Origin: Octopus sinensis
Lineage: Eukaryota
Direction of reading: 5' to 3'
DNA length: 64,000 nucleotides
NCBI RefSeq assembly: GCF_006345805.1
Contig: NC_043023.1
Span: 5,890,001-5,954,000 of the forward strand
Made by a program: the position numbers and the translations under genes. Position 1 is the first letter of the stretch. Each line of letters begins with the position of its first letter. The notes below the pieces were generated by a model. The model worked only from the letters and a program-made list of their open reading frames with translations, ran no database searches and was not told the origin of the DNA. This document shows, piece after piece, positions 61,701-64,000 of this stretch.

Positions 61701-62008
61701 TGCCGGTGACACGTAAAAAGCGCCATCCATTAATGGCCGTTGCCAGGCGTGCCTGGCCCCCGTGCCGGTGGCACATAAAAGCAACATCCATTCGTGGCCG
61801 TTTGCCAGCTCCGTCTGGCTCCTGTGCGGGTGGCACGTAAAAAGCACCCACTACACTCGCGGAGTGGTTGGCGTTAGGAAGGGCATCCGGCCATAGAAAC
61901 ACTGCCAGACCAGACTGGGCCTGATGCAGCCTTCTGGCTTCACAGACCCCAGTTGAACCGTCCAAACCCATGCTAGCATGGAAAGAGGACGCTAAATGAT
62001 GATGATGA
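58737..62008 (+). mobile_element. RTE-clade LINE, 5'-truncated: partial APE, RT with Cys-rich insert, ~600 nt 3' UTR, (ATG)n tail
   Basis: GDFNGHVG, SQIDYIL, QFGFVPGKSTTDAI, DMEKAFD, QGSVLSP, YTDD and GRGRPRKTW motifs. One +1 frameshift in the A7 run at 59523-59529. Confidence 0.95.
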
Positions 62009-62479
62009 TATATATATATATATATATACACGACGGGCTTCTTTCAGCTTCTGTCTACCAAATCCACTCAAGGCTTTGGTTGACCTGAGGCTATAGTAGA
62101 AGACACCTGCTCAAAGCATCATGCAGTGGGACTGAACCTTGAACCATGTGGTTAGTAAGCAAGCTTCTTACCACACAGCAACTCCTGTGCCTATGACTGG
62201 TGAATATAGAAAGGTAAGCATTACATAAAAGGAAAGTAATTATGATGATGATGATGATGATGTTGTTTAGCCCTAGGTCAGGCTCGCTGGAGCAGATCTA
62301 TGATCAAAGACATTCTATCCGTGACCATCCTGTTTGGTTCTATGCACTGTAAATGCAGGATGATAGTATCCAAAGTGATCTTCTCTAAGAAGTTTGAATG
62401 TGGTTTGAGGGATATTTGGCTGCCATTTCTAGTAGAGTAAGCAATCACATAGAAGCTTGGTTGTTTACCAATTGTGACG

Positions 62480-62842
62480 GCAGCAATGTTGGTGTTGGTG
62501 GTGTATGGATGGTGTCGATGCTGGTATGGCTTGTGGTGGTAGTAGCAGTGATTGGGGTAATGGTAGGGATGGTGGTGGTGGTGTTGATAGTGGTGGTGGT
62601 AGTGGTGGTGATTATGGTTGTGGTGTAGGCGTCGATAGTGTTGGTGGTAGTAATGGTGGCGTCGATAGTGTTGGTGGTAGTGGTGATTGTGGTAATGGTA
62701 GTGATGGTGGTGGTGGTGGTAGTGATTGTGGCAATGGTAGTGATGGTGGTGGTGTCGATAATGGTGATGGTGACGTCAATGGTGTTGGTGGTGGTGATAG
62801 TGGTGGTGGTGTCGGTGGTAGTATTGGTGGTGGTGGTGGTTA
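62480..62842. repeat. (GGT)n-rich degenerate trinucleotide tract
   Basis: Direct inspection; gives spurious Thr-, Gly- and Val-rich ORFs. Confidence 0.9.
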
Positions 62843-62903
62843 AAGAATGCTGGTGATGGCGGAGGTCCACAGGACCAAGGAAATGAGGCAGAATTGAACT
62901 CAC

Positions 62904-63006
62904 TGTCCACCGAATATACACTGCAACTTCACTGTGTCTCCTTTAAGAAAGAGCCCCTTATTAGGGGCAACATTGATTAGATGAGGCTGGTGATTTTCAG
63001 GTGGCA
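62904..63006 (-). CDS. Nrg: Neuroglian/L1CAM-like exon, Ig3 N-terminal half (PPENHQPHLINVAPNKGLFLKGDTVKLQCIFGG-H)
   Basis: Pyrimidine tract plus TTTCAG acceptor, CA|GTGAGT donor, 103 nt, phase 1->2. LQCIFGG joins PTP in the next exon, as in L1-family Ig3. Not in the ORF track. Confidence 0.9.
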
Positions 63007-63212
63007 CTGAAAGTAGACAAAAGACAAGGAACTTCTATATCATCATCATCATCATCATCATTTAACATATTTATTCCCACTTAATCGACCCCAGGTCTTA
63101 TTCTTTGTAAGCCTAGTACTTATTCTATTGGTCTCTTTTGCCGAACCGCTAAGTTACGGGGATGGAAACACACCAGCATTGGTTGTCAGGTGATGTTGGG
63201 GAGACAACACAG

Positions 63213-63271
<59 letters not shown>

Positions 63272-63716
63272 CATAAACATATACATGACGGGTTTCTTTC
63301 AGTTTCCATCTACCAAATCCACTCACAAGGCTTTGGTTGGCCTGAGGCTATAGTAGAAGACACTTGCCCAAGATGCTGTGCAATGGAATTGAACCCGGAA
63401 CCCTGTGGTTGGTAAGCAAGCTACTTACCACAGCCACTCCTACAATTAATTTAGAACAATGTGACTAAATAAGCATTACGTTTGACAGAATAACTTGAAT
63501 GCTAAAGGTTTACTGTTATAAACCCTTCTACTCTTTTACTTGTTTCAGTCATTTGACTGTGGCCATGCTGGAGCACTCCCTTTAGTCGAGCACATCGACC
63601 CCAGGACTTATTCTTTGTAAGCCTAGTACTTATTCTATCGGACTCTTTTGCCGAACTGCTAAGTTATGGGGACGTAACTTAGCAGCTGTCAAGCGATGTT
63701 GGGGGGACAAACACAG

Positions 63717-63757
<41 letters not shown>

Positions 63758-64000
63758 CATATGACGGGCTTCTTTCAGTTTCCATCTACCAAATGCACTC
63801 ACAAGGTTTTGGCCGGCCTGAGGCTATAGTAGAAGACACTTGCCCAAGGTGTCACACAGTGAGACTGAACCCGGAACCATGTGGTTGGTAAGCAAGCTAC
63901 TTACCACAAAGCCACTCCTGCGCCTAAGCTATCTCATAGCTTTGAAATTTTAATGATGTGATTGTTTACTTTAGAATGACATTATAGGGTAGGTGTGACA

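Noticed and set aside
62445-62921. Thr-rich mucin-like ORF (and Gly/Val-rich ORFs on the other strand)
   Set aside because: Degenerate (GGT)n tract inside the intron upstream of, and overlapping, the true Ig3 exon; no acceptor or donor supports it.

Overview
AT-rich, repeat-saturated animal genomic DNA. The SINE, LINE and microsatellite content suggests an octopus/coleoid cephalopod (inference from repeat families, not proven here). Host coding content is small. (1) Seven minus-strand exons (63006->39375) splice into Ig domains 3-6 of a neuroglian/L1CAM-family adhesion molecule. Five of them have clean, compatible splice phases. Two exons (48597-48783, 41904-41993) are frameshifted and lie in a ~41-50.6 kb segment that looks indel-rich. 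(2) One plus-strand terminal exon (19015-19543) encodes a divergent, Tyr/Gly/Asp-rich L1-type cytoplasmic tail ending TTFV and lacking FIGQY. I found no FN3 or transmembrane exons between the two blocks. The rest is transposon-derived: CR1, RTE and R4/Dong LINEs, Penelope-like (PLE) remnants, mariner/Tc1 remnants, Helentron-like elements, three tRNA-derived SINE families and long microsatellites. The most striking non-coding signal is a set of type I minimal hammerhead ribozyme motifs (about 4 well formed, several decayed). Several sit inside long PLE-type palindromes upstream of the plus-strand terminal exon. All coordinates were read by eye: exon and ribozyme boundaries were counted base by base, repeat boundaries are approximate (about +/-10-20 nt).
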